Assembly: GCA_050084985.1 (NCBI GenBank)
Contig: JBITNC010000002.1
Span: 18,662,001 to 18,726,000 of the forward strand
DNA: 64,000 bases
Direction: 5' to 3'
DNA from: Nageia nagi
Lineage: Eukaryota; Plantae; Pinophyta
Every line of letters starts with the position of its first letter. The stretch's first letter is position 1. Both the position numbers and the translations under genes were made by a program. Below, in pieces: positions 43,346 to 54,750 of the stretch. The notes under the pieces are model-generated. The model was not told where the DNA came from. It did no database searches and worked only from the letters and a program-made list of their open reading frames with translations.

Positions 43346-43891
43346 AATTTTGGGGAAAAAAATATATGGTCATAAAATTTAGATAATTATCAACAAAAGT
43401 AAAAAAAGAAGTTTGAAAAAATGATAACTTTATGCCAAATTATGTATGCTAGATATGAGCATTTTTTAAAACCAAAATTATGACCCATAAAAAACTAATA
43501 AAAAATATAATATTTATAAAATAATTATGAAAAGATATCTAGGACAAGCTTCATTGTGTTAGGTATCATTTTTGAAAAGGATTTAGAAAAATACTTTAGT
43601 TTAGATAAAAATATGTTTAATGGACATGTGCATGGCATGGTCTTGAAAGAATATTTTTTAAATAGTGGGTTTTATTCCTACCTATTAAAAATATTTTTTA
43701 TCATATGGGTATTGGAATAAATTATATATTTAAACACTAGACTCAAATCATTACAGTTTTACCTAAATGATCTTCTCAATATTCCATGTCTAAGTACTTC
43801 AAATTTTGAGATCAATGTGACCAAACTAAAAAATTAGGAAAAGACTTCCACTTTTTAGCCATAAAGTGGACCCAACTTCTTGCACTAACCC
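43229..43891. mobile_element. 663-bp non-autonomous TIR DNA transposon with GGG..CCC termini and apparent 4-bp TSD
   Basis: Left end GGGTGCATGCAAGAAGATGAGTCCAC; reverse complement of right end GGGTTAGTGCAAGAAGTTGGGTCCAC. Interrupts the copia RNase H motif VVALSTTEAEY; flanks are CATT/TACT. Confidence 0.85.
43295..43343. repeat. (AT)n microsatellite
   Basis: About 24 perfect AT units inside the TIR element. Confidence 0.97.
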
Positions 43892-44237
43892 TACTACTAA
43901 AGTTAAGTATATTTCTTCTATAGAGGTAAACAAAGAGCTAATTTAGTTAAAGATATTGATGTAGGATTTGGTTAAGGTGTAGGAGGATCTAAAGCTATGG
44001 AGTGATAGCTAAATTTCATTCCATATTGCAAAGAACGTGACCTTACACTCTAGAACCAAGCACATCAAACTAAGGTACCACTTCATTAGAGAAGAATTGA
44101 AGAATAATTTAGTCAAGTTCATGAAGATTCATACTTTACAAAATCTTACATATATGTTCACTAAAGTTGTAATAAAGAAAAAGTTGGTCTTTTTCTTAAT
44201 TTTAGTTGACATTAAGGAGTAAGGTCAAGATGAGAAA

Positions 44238-46027
44238 AGCACAAGCATGACATAACAGAAGGAAAAGTACAACATAGCAAAAGTGTGAGAAAATTATTTA
44301 AGAAGTATGACAAGATGTTATTAAGCAAATTATAGCTTAGCAAAGCTATAATCTTACCAAAATGCAACCAAATGATATTTGAAATGTGATGAATAAATCA
44401 AGATTATGATTTGATCCAAAGGTCCTCAAGGAATGGAAAAGCATGTTGATGCAGAAAAACCATTCGTAGAGGAAAAAATTAGAATGGTACTAGATCCTGA
44501 ATTCTCTAATGATGAGGTTAGTATTTAGATTCCAAAAAGTATAACAAAGAAGAAAGAGGAGGGGCTAAAGTCAACCCTCATTGGTTGCTTTATGGAGGTA
44601 TAATCCCCTTAAGATATGATTCAAAGTTGGCTAAAAGCAAAATGGAGTACAAAAGGATGGGTATATGTAGTTTCTCTCCCAAGAAAATTTCTATTATTCA
44701 AGTTTCAATTTGACGAATACCTTTAAAAAGTGATAGAGATGGGTCCATGGTTTCTTGGAAAGAAAGGATTAGTCATCAAGTGATAGGAGAAAAACTTATC
44801 CCCTAAAAGTGAAAATTTCAACCTCATTCCAATATGGGTCTCATTACCTAGACTTCACCCATCTTGTTGGAACCCATGTGTAATAGCTAGAATTGGAAAT
44901 GTAATTAGATCCTTTGTCATAGTTGAGCAATCAACAAGACTAAAAATTAAGTTTACAAATGCAAGATTTGTGGTTAATTTACATATTACCAAACCAATGA
45001 TGAGGGATATAAAATTAAAAATAGAGGATGGAAGAGAATGGATTCTACCAATTGTATATAAAAATCAGCCAGTACAATCTGGAATTTGTAAGAATTATGA
45101 TCACTATGCAAAGAATTGCCTAGAAAATAAGAGGAGGGATGAAGAAAGGAGAGAAAAGAAAAAAATTGAAAAGAAGTCTCAAGATAAATAGAAAGAGCAT
45201 GAGTGGAAATCAATTCATAAAAAAAAGAAAAAAAATAGAAGAATAAATCTAAAATGCAAACAAAATAAACCATATCAGAAAAATAGTCAACTACAAAAGA
45301 AGTCCAATAGAAGAAATCAACCACAACAAACCCCTATGTAGTACTATCAATTTTAGAAGAAATATACAAAGAAGAAATAAATAATAATATAGATTTTTTA
45401 GAAGATGAGAAAATAAATATGGAAGTTTTGGAAGGGAAAGATGGAGAAACAATAAGGAGGGTGATAAAAAAAGTATAGAATGTAGATAGTCAAGTAATAA
45501 TAATAGAACAAAAAGAAGGACAAGATGTAATCACATCAAGAAATATACTAAAATCTAGAAAAATAGCAAATGTTGGATAAAAACATGTAGAGAGACCATC
45601 TCAAGGAGAGACTAGAGAGAAACTCATTGAACATGATATAGAGAATGGAAATCAATTAACTCTACATCAAATCAACAAATCTCAACCCACCTTTGGGCTT
45701 AATAAAGAATTTTTAATTAGAATATTCCAACAATAAAGAGGTAGTTGGGCTGTATCTCAACCATGATTCAAATGTATTTTGACTATAGTTTGAATATTTT
45801 CTATTAATACAATTTGTATAGTAGGTTGCATTAGGGCTACCAATAGGTTATAGCTGGGTAGTATCTGAATCTATTTTGTTAATAGTTTTTTTAAAAATTT
45901 TATTAGCTACCATCAAGTATAGCAAGGTAGTGGTTTCCTATTTTGGAAAACATTTTGTGACCAATTTTGTTGGGATCTAAAAAAACACCTTCATTGCTTT
46001 TGATAATATAATTTATACTTACTATCA
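44238..46027 (+). mobile_element. ORF1-only LINE derivative, copy 2, with 17-bp TSD
   Basis: TSD AAGGTCAAGATGAGAAA (44221-44237) / AAGGTCAAAATGAGAAA (46028-46044). Decayed ORF1 reads LKSTLIGCF..KVIEMGPWFLGKKGLVIK..IPIWVSLPRLHPSCW..ARFVVNLHITKP..GICKNYDHYAKNC (DUF4283-like plus CCHC knuckle). 3' end AATATAATTTATACTTACTATCAAA. No endonuclease or RT. Confidence 0.9.
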
Positions 46028-46098
46028 AAGGTCAAAATGAGAAACTTTTAACATTGGTTGTAGTGTTTTGTAGTGGTATCAATCTCCAAGTGGGATAT

Positions 46099-46828
46099 TA
46101 TTTATTATGGATCCTAATTTGGCTTGATTTTATACATTCTTTCAATTTTGGTCCCAATTAGCATACTGATAAGAGGTGATCAATTAGTTAATCAGTCAAA
46201 GGTAATTGGTGTATCGATCAGGCATTGAAAAGTGGTGGAAGCATTACATAGTAGTTGTTTGTATCCCATTTGGTTAGCTAATGGTAACCAATCTACAACA
46301 TATTGATTGTGAAATAGAGAATAGTAACTTCTAATTTAGGCAATCAAAATCATGCTCAATCTAGAAATTATTGCTTAGTTGGGTGTTACATAAGGCATGG
46401 GGGATCACCCCATGAACTCCTTGACCATTGTTTGTTAAGGTTGAGTTAGTTTTCCATCAATAAATAGGGATGTTTGGATTGAGGTTTTTTATGTAGGTTT
46501 TGAGAATTGTTGTAGTGTTGATTTTGATGTTAATCTTGTTGAGAATTTGAGAGATGTTTGTAGTGAGGTGTTGTTGTACTCCAAAGTGAAGATTGTGGCC
46601 AAGTTAAATTATTGGTTCATTTCTTGGAGGAATTTGAGAATTGATAATTGCAAAGGGTTTAAATCTTCTCTACGGAGTAGCCCATATTGGTTAAACCATG
46701 TTAAATCTCTTAACTCCCATTTGTGTGATTATTGCTTACTATTTTATTTAGTATTTTATTTTTTCTTTTTCCATTCAGTAGGAGGACTTACTATGTTTAA
46801 CCTTATATGAAATTAATTAAACCTAACA
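46099..46828 (+). repeat. 3' LTR of copia A
   Basis: Follows the PPT, aligns to 33872-34595 and ends in CCTAACA. Confidence 0.9.
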
Positions 46829-47723
46829 TCATATTTATAAATAATATATGGTAGAGGAGAAACAAATGGCAAATTTCCAATATGACACATAGCATTAAAT
46901 CAATGACTAAGAGTGATTAATATTTACACAATGAATGATGAACAAACATGTTACACAAATCAAGATAAGTAACGATAGGAGCAAGCCTCAATTACTGGTT
47001 GACAAGTCACTCAATAGGATCAAGAGGAATATGTTGGTGAGATTGAGTTGATTGATGATGGTTTTGAATTGACTGACAATAAACACATTGGATAAGTTGG
47101 GGAAGTTAGTGATAATGAGCTGATGGAAATGTTGATGATCAAGTAAATTTGACTAAAAGAAAAATGATCAATGCAAAATTAGTTAGTCTAATCGATACAA
47201 TTAATGATAAAAATGTTAGGGGGCATTTGGATGGATGGTTTTCAGGAACCCTACCCTTGAAAATCCAAGTGTTTAGAAAATGTTAGTGTTAGGCTTTCCA
47301 AAAGCCAAGTTTTATATCAAGCTAGTTTCTATGAAAAACCAACTTTATAATCAAAATGCTTGGTTTATAATAAACTAGGGTTGGGGAAGGGTTTTAAAAT
47401 ATAACATGGAGAGATTTCTTTCAAGGCTCTCAAGAAATTCACTTATCGGGATTTCTTTCTTTTCTTCTAACATTCGAAGAAAACACTAAACCACTATCAC
47501 TATGGATAAATTTTCTCCTCACCAATCTATCCGCCATTGTATGCTGTCAGGTATGGATGCTATAAACGATTTTTCCTTTTTCTATGTCCACATTTACAAA
47601 ACATATAGCTATCATTTTTATTTGCTAAGGTTCGTTTAAAATCATAAAAATTCAAATTTATTTGTTAGGCTTTATTTAGATCAAATCTCTGATAGCACTC
47701 TTTCGACGTTGTCATGTTTAATA

Positions 47724-47880
47724 TTTTTTTGGGTTTCGAGTCTTTGTTTTTGTGTTTTTGGGTTTCGAGTCTTTGTTTTTGTGGTTTTGGGTTTCGAGTC
47801 TTTTTCTCCATCTCACATTTTCTGGGTGTCGATTCTTTTTCTCCAGCTTGCATTATATTTTGGGTTTCGACTCTTTTTCT
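47724..47880. repeat. ~29-30-bp degenerate tandem repeat inside the Harbinger
   Basis: TTTTGGGTTTCGAGTCTTT recurs at ~47727, 47756 and 47785, with variants at ~47820 and 47858. Confidence 0.8.
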
Positions 47881-48758
47881 CTAGCTTATGTTGTTTTCTA
47901 TGTTTCAAGTTTTCTGGGTTTCTCCACTTGCAAACTTGCAGTTCCGATTCTGGGTTGCTCTCATTTTCTGCATTGCTCAATTTCTGGGTTGCTCAACTTG
48001 CAGTACCGAAACGGGATTTATTGTATTTGTAAGTTAACAAATGGCACATGCCATATTTTTCATAAAATGTTCATTCGATATAATTAATGGATGCAGCCCT
48101 TCGACAAGCTTTCTTTCTCTTTTCCGTAGTCAAGACCTTTCTATTAGGGATAAACTACGAACAATCGTTATATGTACCAATTTAAAAGTATTGAAAATAT
48201 TTTCTAAATTCTGCAGACAAGCTTGAAAAATGATAGAAGCATATTTATGATTCCCCCTCAATAGATAGAAGTTCTCTGGTTATCACTCTCATTATCCATC
48301 ACTGCTTTATTGTTTACTTCTCTCATGCTATTCAAGATTCAAAGATAATTAATTCATTACTAGATATCGGGATGTGTGCAAAACATTATACAGGTCTCTG
48401 TGGCAACATGCATATACTGGTATAATGATTTTTCACATTACAAGAATCAAATCTTCTAATATGAATCATGGAACATAATACATTTTACAATTACTAACAA
48501 CATTAGTTTGGTAATACTTCAATTAAAATCTGGCTACTTGCATTATTCTCAAGAATCGGTTGATTAATTCTATTTGCATTCCAGAACATATATGTTAATT
48601 TTGTTTTAGCTTACCTTATACTCTTTACTATATGTCTTAGAAGAGAAGCTAATCATTGGAAAAGGTGTCTTAGATTTGTTTTGTATTAGAGGTTCACTTT
48701 TGGTTACAGTAAATTCGATCTAACAAGAACCTTTTGGCAATTCACTCTAGGTGTTAAC

Positions 48759-49241
48759 ATGGAGTACACACCTTTCGATACATAACAATTTGAGGGTATC
48801 CCCCCAATTATGTGTCCATGTGGATTTGGTTACCTATGCAAATACTTTTCTAGGTTGGATCATAATCTAGGTCGAGAGTATCTAAGATGCCCTAATTTGA
48901 CTCTACCTAACTATTAAGGATGTCGTTATTTTATATGGGCTAGTAGGGAAGAAACTACATTTGGGGCACAAAATCAACAAGTTAGTAGCAAAAACCACTT
49001 TAGTAATCTTAGGAGAGGGGATAATAAATTCATAAGATCACAACGATGACTAATATTTGAAGCACAGTCTTCTATACCCCTCCATGATGAAGTTGCTCAG
49101 CCAGTGAGTCTTTCTAGTGATGATAAAATGCATTTACAAATTTTAAATTTGGAAAGAAGGGATAGATAAAATGATAAGATAAAATTGTGTTCCCCTCTAA
49201 TTATTATTTGTCTTTGTTGTTTTATTTATTATCAAAAGTGA
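48759..49241 (+). pseudogene. GRF-type zinc-finger ORF with hydrophobic C-terminus, inside the Harbinger
   Basis: A single frame of 160 codons with 4 internal stops: MEYTPFDT*QFEGIPPIMCPCGFGYLCKYFSRLDHNLGREYLRCPNLTLPNY*GCRYFIWAS...IKLCSPLIIICLCCFIYYQK*. Preceded by an AG acceptor at 48750. Confidence 0.75.
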
Positions 49242-49493
49242 TATATGTAATCTTTTATTATATTTGGAAGTTCAAACAATTTTTATAATATTTATTGATG
49301 ACGGTTCTCTTTGGATGTTTTGAAGCTATTAGATATGGTGCCATTAAATGTATACCAATTGTTAGTTTCACTTGTTAGATATGGTTCTCTTTAGAAAGTA
49401 GTGTTCTCTTCTATTGATGTTAGTTTCACTTATTCTGATGATTAAACGTATCCCAATTTACTGCAGGTAATATTACTTTTTATGTGCATAGGT

Positions 49494-50830
49494 ATGGATG
49501 ATCGTTTGGTTATGTTCGATGATGATGTTGTCAATGAATTGGTTGAAAATTTTCAATTTGTATACATAAATAAAAAATTAGTTGTATTAACATGCTCTAC
49601 AATTGTAATTGCTGCTCAAGAATATGCGAACTAGTATCTAGTGGAAGAACCATAATACATTTATCCATTGCATGGTATTTTAGAGACAAGTAGGATAATC
49701 AAGACTAGTGATATCATCTATCATAATGAAATTCATATGGACATCCATACATTTAATAAATTATATGACATGATAAAAGATAGAAGACTTTTAGCTGATA
49801 TAGTAGGTGTATCATTGGAGGAGTAATTGGTCATGTTCTTGCACATAGTTGGCCATAATGTTAAAAATTAGGTTATTGCACATCAATTTGGTCATTTAGG
49901 GGAAACATTCACTCATCATTTCAACCGAGTTTTAAATGCAATCATGGTATTACATGACATATTATTGAAGGCACTGAAAACTAATATACTTGCGAAGATT
50001 TATGATAGCACATAATGGTATCCTTATTTTAAGGTAATACACCAAACACAACTATTAAATTTTTAGGGTGAAAGTAGTAATATAAATTACTAATATATTA
50101 ATAATAATATGTATAGGATTGCATTGGTGTAACATATGGAACACACATCCCCACTTGGGTTTCACTTGAAAAACAACCACATTTTCATGATAGGAAAGGC
50201 AATGTCTCACATAATGTTCTAGCTGCATATTCATTTGATGAAAAGTTTATTTATGTATTAGGAAAATGGGAAGGCTTAGCACATGATTAAAGGATTTTAG
50301 GAGATTCCCTTTACTTATTTTATTATAAGGATTAAAATTGATTTTTTAAATTATATTAGTATCTATTTTTTTTACTAATTTCTTTCATTTATAGGTAAAT
50401 ACTATCTGGTATATGCTAGATTCTCTAATAGGAAATGTTTTCTTGCTCCTTACCATTTAGTTCGTTATCACCTTAATGAGTGGAGTAGGTCTAACCTTTC
50501 TCCAAGTTATAAATAAGAGTTATTTAATCTATGTCACTCATCTTTGTGTATCGTCATCGAATGTGTGTTTGGTTTCTTGAAGGCAAGGTTTAACATTTTG
50601 AAGAATCAACCTAAATATCCATTCAAAACACAAACTAAGATTGTTTTAGCTTATTTTATGTTGCATAACCATATTTTCAATGAAAAAAAGAGAGTGATGA
50701 AGAAGTTTTCTCATATAATGAAGATGAGAATGAAGTTGATGGCGGTGTAGAGACCGATGAAGATGTGAATATGATAGATGTAGGAGGTGAGTGATTTGAT
50801 TTTCTTGATGAGGTTACGCAAGATATAAGG
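49494..50830 (+). pseudogene. PIF/Harbinger DDE transposase (HARBI1-like), decayed
   Basis: VSLEE*LVMFLHIVGHN, WYPYFK, intron 50034-50116, DCIGVTYGTHI, WEGLAHD, GKYYLVYAR, ELFNLCHSSL..VIECVFGFLKARFNIL, LHNHI. Both catalytic Asp positions now read Tyr. End coordinate approximate. Confidence 0.92.
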
Positions 50831-51341
50831 ATGATTATGTTTAAATATTTTGTTACTTTATCATCATTAATTTTTTTTTTAAGTTATGCAATATTAAACA
50901 ATTTGATTCCTAACTTCATTTGGAACATTAAACAAAAATATCTTGAAAATGTAACTCCACTAACAAATGGAGGAGGTTACTATTCTATAAGGAATGCTTT
51001 GCCAACATGAAATGGAGGTAAAAATGTAGAGTTGTTGTATTTTATGGAATTAGAGTGAAAATTGATTCTAGCAATTGGTTTTACAAAAAATCTAAAGCAT
51101 GATAAAAAAATTTATTTCTCAAACATTTTTAAAAACTTCTTTTGATTAATTAGAGTATTATCCTGATTTATATTATGTGGTTTCACTTTAACAATTATAA
51201 TTCTACTATTTTAACAATTGTAATATTTGTGTATATTTGTTTTTTAAGTTATCATAGTACTTACATTTATATTTGTGTATGTTGAATGCTAATGTATGAT
51301 TATTAATTTTCATGTTGATTTTAAAATTATATTAGGAAGAT

Positions 51342-52313
51342 ATGGAAACAGAGAAAGCATATGCACTTGACATATGTTATAAATAGGTTATTTTTTTATA
51401 CTATTAGAGAAAAAGGAGTTGATCCTTCAAAACTAGACTTGGGTTTTAAGAATATTGAATGGCAACAGATTGGGGATATTATGAGACAAAAGTTAAATGT
51501 TGATATCCTACTATTAAAGTAGAAGAATCACATGAAATACAAAGATTCTGAATGAAATTAGAAAGTAGAGTGGCTTTGGTTGGAATGAAAGAAAGATGTA
51601 ATTTGAAGCCAACGCTAATGTAGATGAGGCATTTCTGTAGGTAGACCACTACTATGTATGATTTAATTCTATTTTCTACATCTATACTTTACTTACTTCG
51701 AAGAATATTTTAGGAAAACACAAATGCAAAATATTAGAAGGATAACTCAGTTTCAATGTTTCTTGAAGAATTTGCCAAGTTCCTTGAACCTGATTATGGG
51801 ACTAGCAAGGAGACAATGATATATGGAGATCTTAGTTTGGATGATGAGACTAGGGAGAATCATCATGTAGATACTAATATATTATATGATATAGAAGATG
51901 CAATGGATTCCATAGCCCTACAAACCCCCCCTTCGCCAAGTCAACTAGCACAACCTGAGGGGAGTTCTCTTTGCAAGGATAGAGTTAGTGGAGGAAGAAC
52001 GAAATCAAGTAGGAGTGCAAAGAGGAGGAGGGGATCTACTGACAAGATATCAAGCCCCCTAAAGAGGATTACTAAGATAGTTGTTGATCTAGTAGCATTT
52101 GGTAGACTGATGTTGAGGCTTTCGACATGTGATGAGATTTTTGAAATAGTCATAAATATTCTTTATCTTGACCCATGCCATAGCCGGATTACCATGAGGA
52201 AGTTGACAAAGGATATAAGTGAGGGGATGGCATTCCATTCATGCCCCACATTAGAGGAGAAGAAGGAGTGAGTGGAGGAACTTTTGGAGGAACATGTTGG
52301 GATTGATGATTAG
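51342..52313 (+). pseudogene. Harbinger Myb/SANT-like DNA-binding ORF, decayed
   Basis: GFKNIEWQQI, KNHMK and SGFGWN motifs. Probable intron ~51641-51713, continuing into ORF 51756-52271 and on to TAG at 52311-52313. Confidence 0.82.
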
Positions 52314-53219
52314 GGACATTTATATAGTTCAATTTTTTATTTATGTAGTTAGTTCCATTCATGAAATAACATCTTGATGTTGGTTGGGTATTTATGGACT
52401 TTTATATAATTTTTGTACTTTCTTTTTTGATATAGTTAGTTCAATGAGTGAAATAACATTCTGACATGTGACTTTTACTTTCAATTATATTTTGTATGTA
52501 TGGAAAATGGTAAGATGATAATTACTATCGTGTCTACTATGGTTTCATTATTACTATTTTACATGTGTTGATATATATTATTATTTTATGATCATGAAGG
52601 TTGTTATTATTAGGAATTATTTACAAGTAAGTTACTCTTGCAGATTGTGTGAAAATATTATTATTATCATTTTCCTATGTTACTAGTATAAAAAACACAT
52701 TGAGTAGATTTTGGACATCCAAATACTACATCAAAGAAAATCTAGGGCCTGGATAGAAACAAGACATCCAAGCATAAAATACAAAAAAACCCTAGATTTC
52801 AAAATAGACAAAAACCAAGCACCCAAATAGTTTATTTTAGAAATCATAGGCCCCTATAAATCTAGGTTTTAAAAACCATGGCTACTAGGAACCATGGGCT
52901 CCTGTAAACTATGCATCTAAATGCCCCCTTAAAGGCTAACTCAATTCAATTATAAGAAAAGATGGGAACTCAAAATTGTTAGATGGATCGAAGTGATTGA
53001 TAATATATGATTAACTAAAAAATGATTATAATTAAATAATTAGTTGGATCAACTTGGTTGATGACATTTTTGAAGACTAACTCAATTTGACTAAGGCGAA
53101 AAGGGAAAAATTGACACATTTTATTTTTAAATTTTCATTTTATGATTTTTTATTATGATATTTGGAGATCATTTTATCAAAATTTTGTATTAATTTTTAG
53201 AGTCCAAAATTTTGTATTG

Positions 53220-54330
53220 CAACACTTCTAATCTCCTTAGTTGAGTAATAGTGTTTAATAGTGCTTTACTTAAATCCATATTCTCCTTTTTTACATAGTC
53301 ATTAAATCTCAAATCCTAATAACTCTAGTCATAAGAGTGATGAGAACATTCATTTTATTAGAAAAATCTCCCTATTATTTTTTTTACAAACTAGTATGTC
53401 AAGCAAAGGATGCCTACCATTATGTTCAATCTCTTTGTTAAATTGCATAATTATATCAATTAAATTGAAGTGGTTATAAAAATCCTTAAGGGAAGCTCTT
53501 CTATTTTTCCAATTCATGTTTTCATCATCTACATACCTATCTATTATTTTGGTTTTAAAAGGAATCAATTAAGGATCTTACCTTCAAACCACTCCTTATA
53601 TAAGTTCATAACAATGGGAGATAATGGAGATCCCATTGGTACCCTTTGTACTTGTTCATAGAAATCCCCATGATAACTACAAAATTTAGTTTCTAAGTAT
53701 ATTTTAATCAACCCCAATGTTTCTTGGCCTACTAAGTGTGATATAACATTTAGTAGTTTATCTATTCAGATTTTAGTATATAATGACACAACCTCAAAAT
53801 TTATCAAAATATTACTATCCTTAACATTGCAATATTTTTATCCTACTTATACAATATTTTTATCTCTTATTATGTGATGTTGTTTTAGGTATTAGGTGGT
53901 TCAATTTTTTCTATAGTGAATATTTCACTAACTCATATGTTAGAGTCTATGCTATTCATAATGGACCTAATCGGAACTATATTAATGTTCTTTAGGTTTT
54001 TCCACCTAAAAGAATAAATAAAAATACATAATTGACTATTTTATTCAAGTTTTTTTTGTTTAATTTCTTATAACTTCCCAAGGTTGTAAGATGATGTAAT
54101 ATTTTCACATTGTAGTCATTATCATCGAGAACCATGATTGCATTTCCTTTGTTTTCTTTAAATATGATAAAATTTTATTTATTTTTCAATTATCTTAGAG
54201 CAACCTCTTTATCATTACAAATATTTCCCTTCAATGGTTTTGCCTTCTTTAACACTCTTACACAATCTTGTATAATAATGCTATTTAATTCAACTTCATA
54301 AAGGAGATTGTTGCATTCAATTTTTTTTAA
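53220..54330 (-). mobile_element. Penelope-like element (PLE) reverse transcriptase fragment
   Basis: Motifs occur in order on the minus strand: IIFKENKGNAIMVLDDNDYNVKI (DKG motif), decayed PKxHKxxVPxRxI, LINFEVVSLYTKI, GDFYEQVQRVPMGSPLSPIVMNLY.EWFE, RYVDD..W..LKDFYNHFN..MQFNKEIEHNGRHPLLDILV, and thumb NVLITLMTRVIRI*D. No GIY-YIG domain is visible. Confidence 0.88.
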
Positions 54331-54714
54331 ATGATAACTTCAATTAATTAGGATTATAATCTAAAAAGAAAGAAATTGATATAAACTATTATACAATCTC
54401 AAATATAATTTATATATGAAAATATAAATTCTTAAAATATGTAATTAAATTTAAAATTTATACATCAAATACTCCAATTTTACTTTTTTGAAAAACCTAT
54501 ACATAAATTATATTTATATATCCTCAATATTCCACTAAAAATAAAGTATCTATATATATAAATATAGATTATTACCTTCAAAAATTATCCTATGCAAATT
54601 TAGCACTACAATACTTCTTATAACAATATACAATCTTAGTATACTTTGAATAGCTTGCATATACGATGAATTTGTGCATACCCTACCTGATATACAGGAA
54701 CAACTTGTACCGTG

Positions 54715-54750
54715 TGCGTCACGTGTATATATATATATATATATAAAAGA
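54715..54750 (+). promoter_or_regulatory. G-box (CACGTG) abutting a TA run
   Basis: GCGTCACGTG at 54716-54725, directly followed by (TA)n-AAAA, within a CpG-retaining island. No downstream gene identified. Confidence 0.3.

Larger units (their letters stand above)
33872..46828 (+). mobile_element. Full-length decayed Ty1/copia element A (Tnt1/Tork-like) with three nested insertions
   Basis: LTRs 33872-34595 and 46099-46828 align. TSD TTATA/TCATA. PBS TGGTATCAAATC at 34598; PPT CTCCAAGTGGGATAT before the 3' LTR. gag MKVEWFNG*AFEFWRMQMEDYLFQK; protease WVIDLGASFH; integrase DNGGEF..PQENGLVER; RT LFYVDDML; RNase H HSRTKHIKLRYHFIR ending at 44222. Confidence 0.93.
47219..52928 (+). mobile_element. 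Complete but decayed PIF/Harbinger DNA transposon (5710 bp)
   Basis: TTA TSD at 47216-47218 and 52929-52931. 33-bp TIRs: GGGGGCATTTGGATGGATGGTTTTCAGGAACCC / GGGGGCATTTAGATGCATAGTTTACAGGAGCCC. Contains transposase and Myb/SANT ORF remnants. Confidence 0.95.

Noticed and set aside
44223-46098. env-like or captured extra ORF as an integral part of copia A
   Set aside because: The segment has its own 17-bp TSD and LINE-type tail; removing it restores a short, normal 3' UTR.
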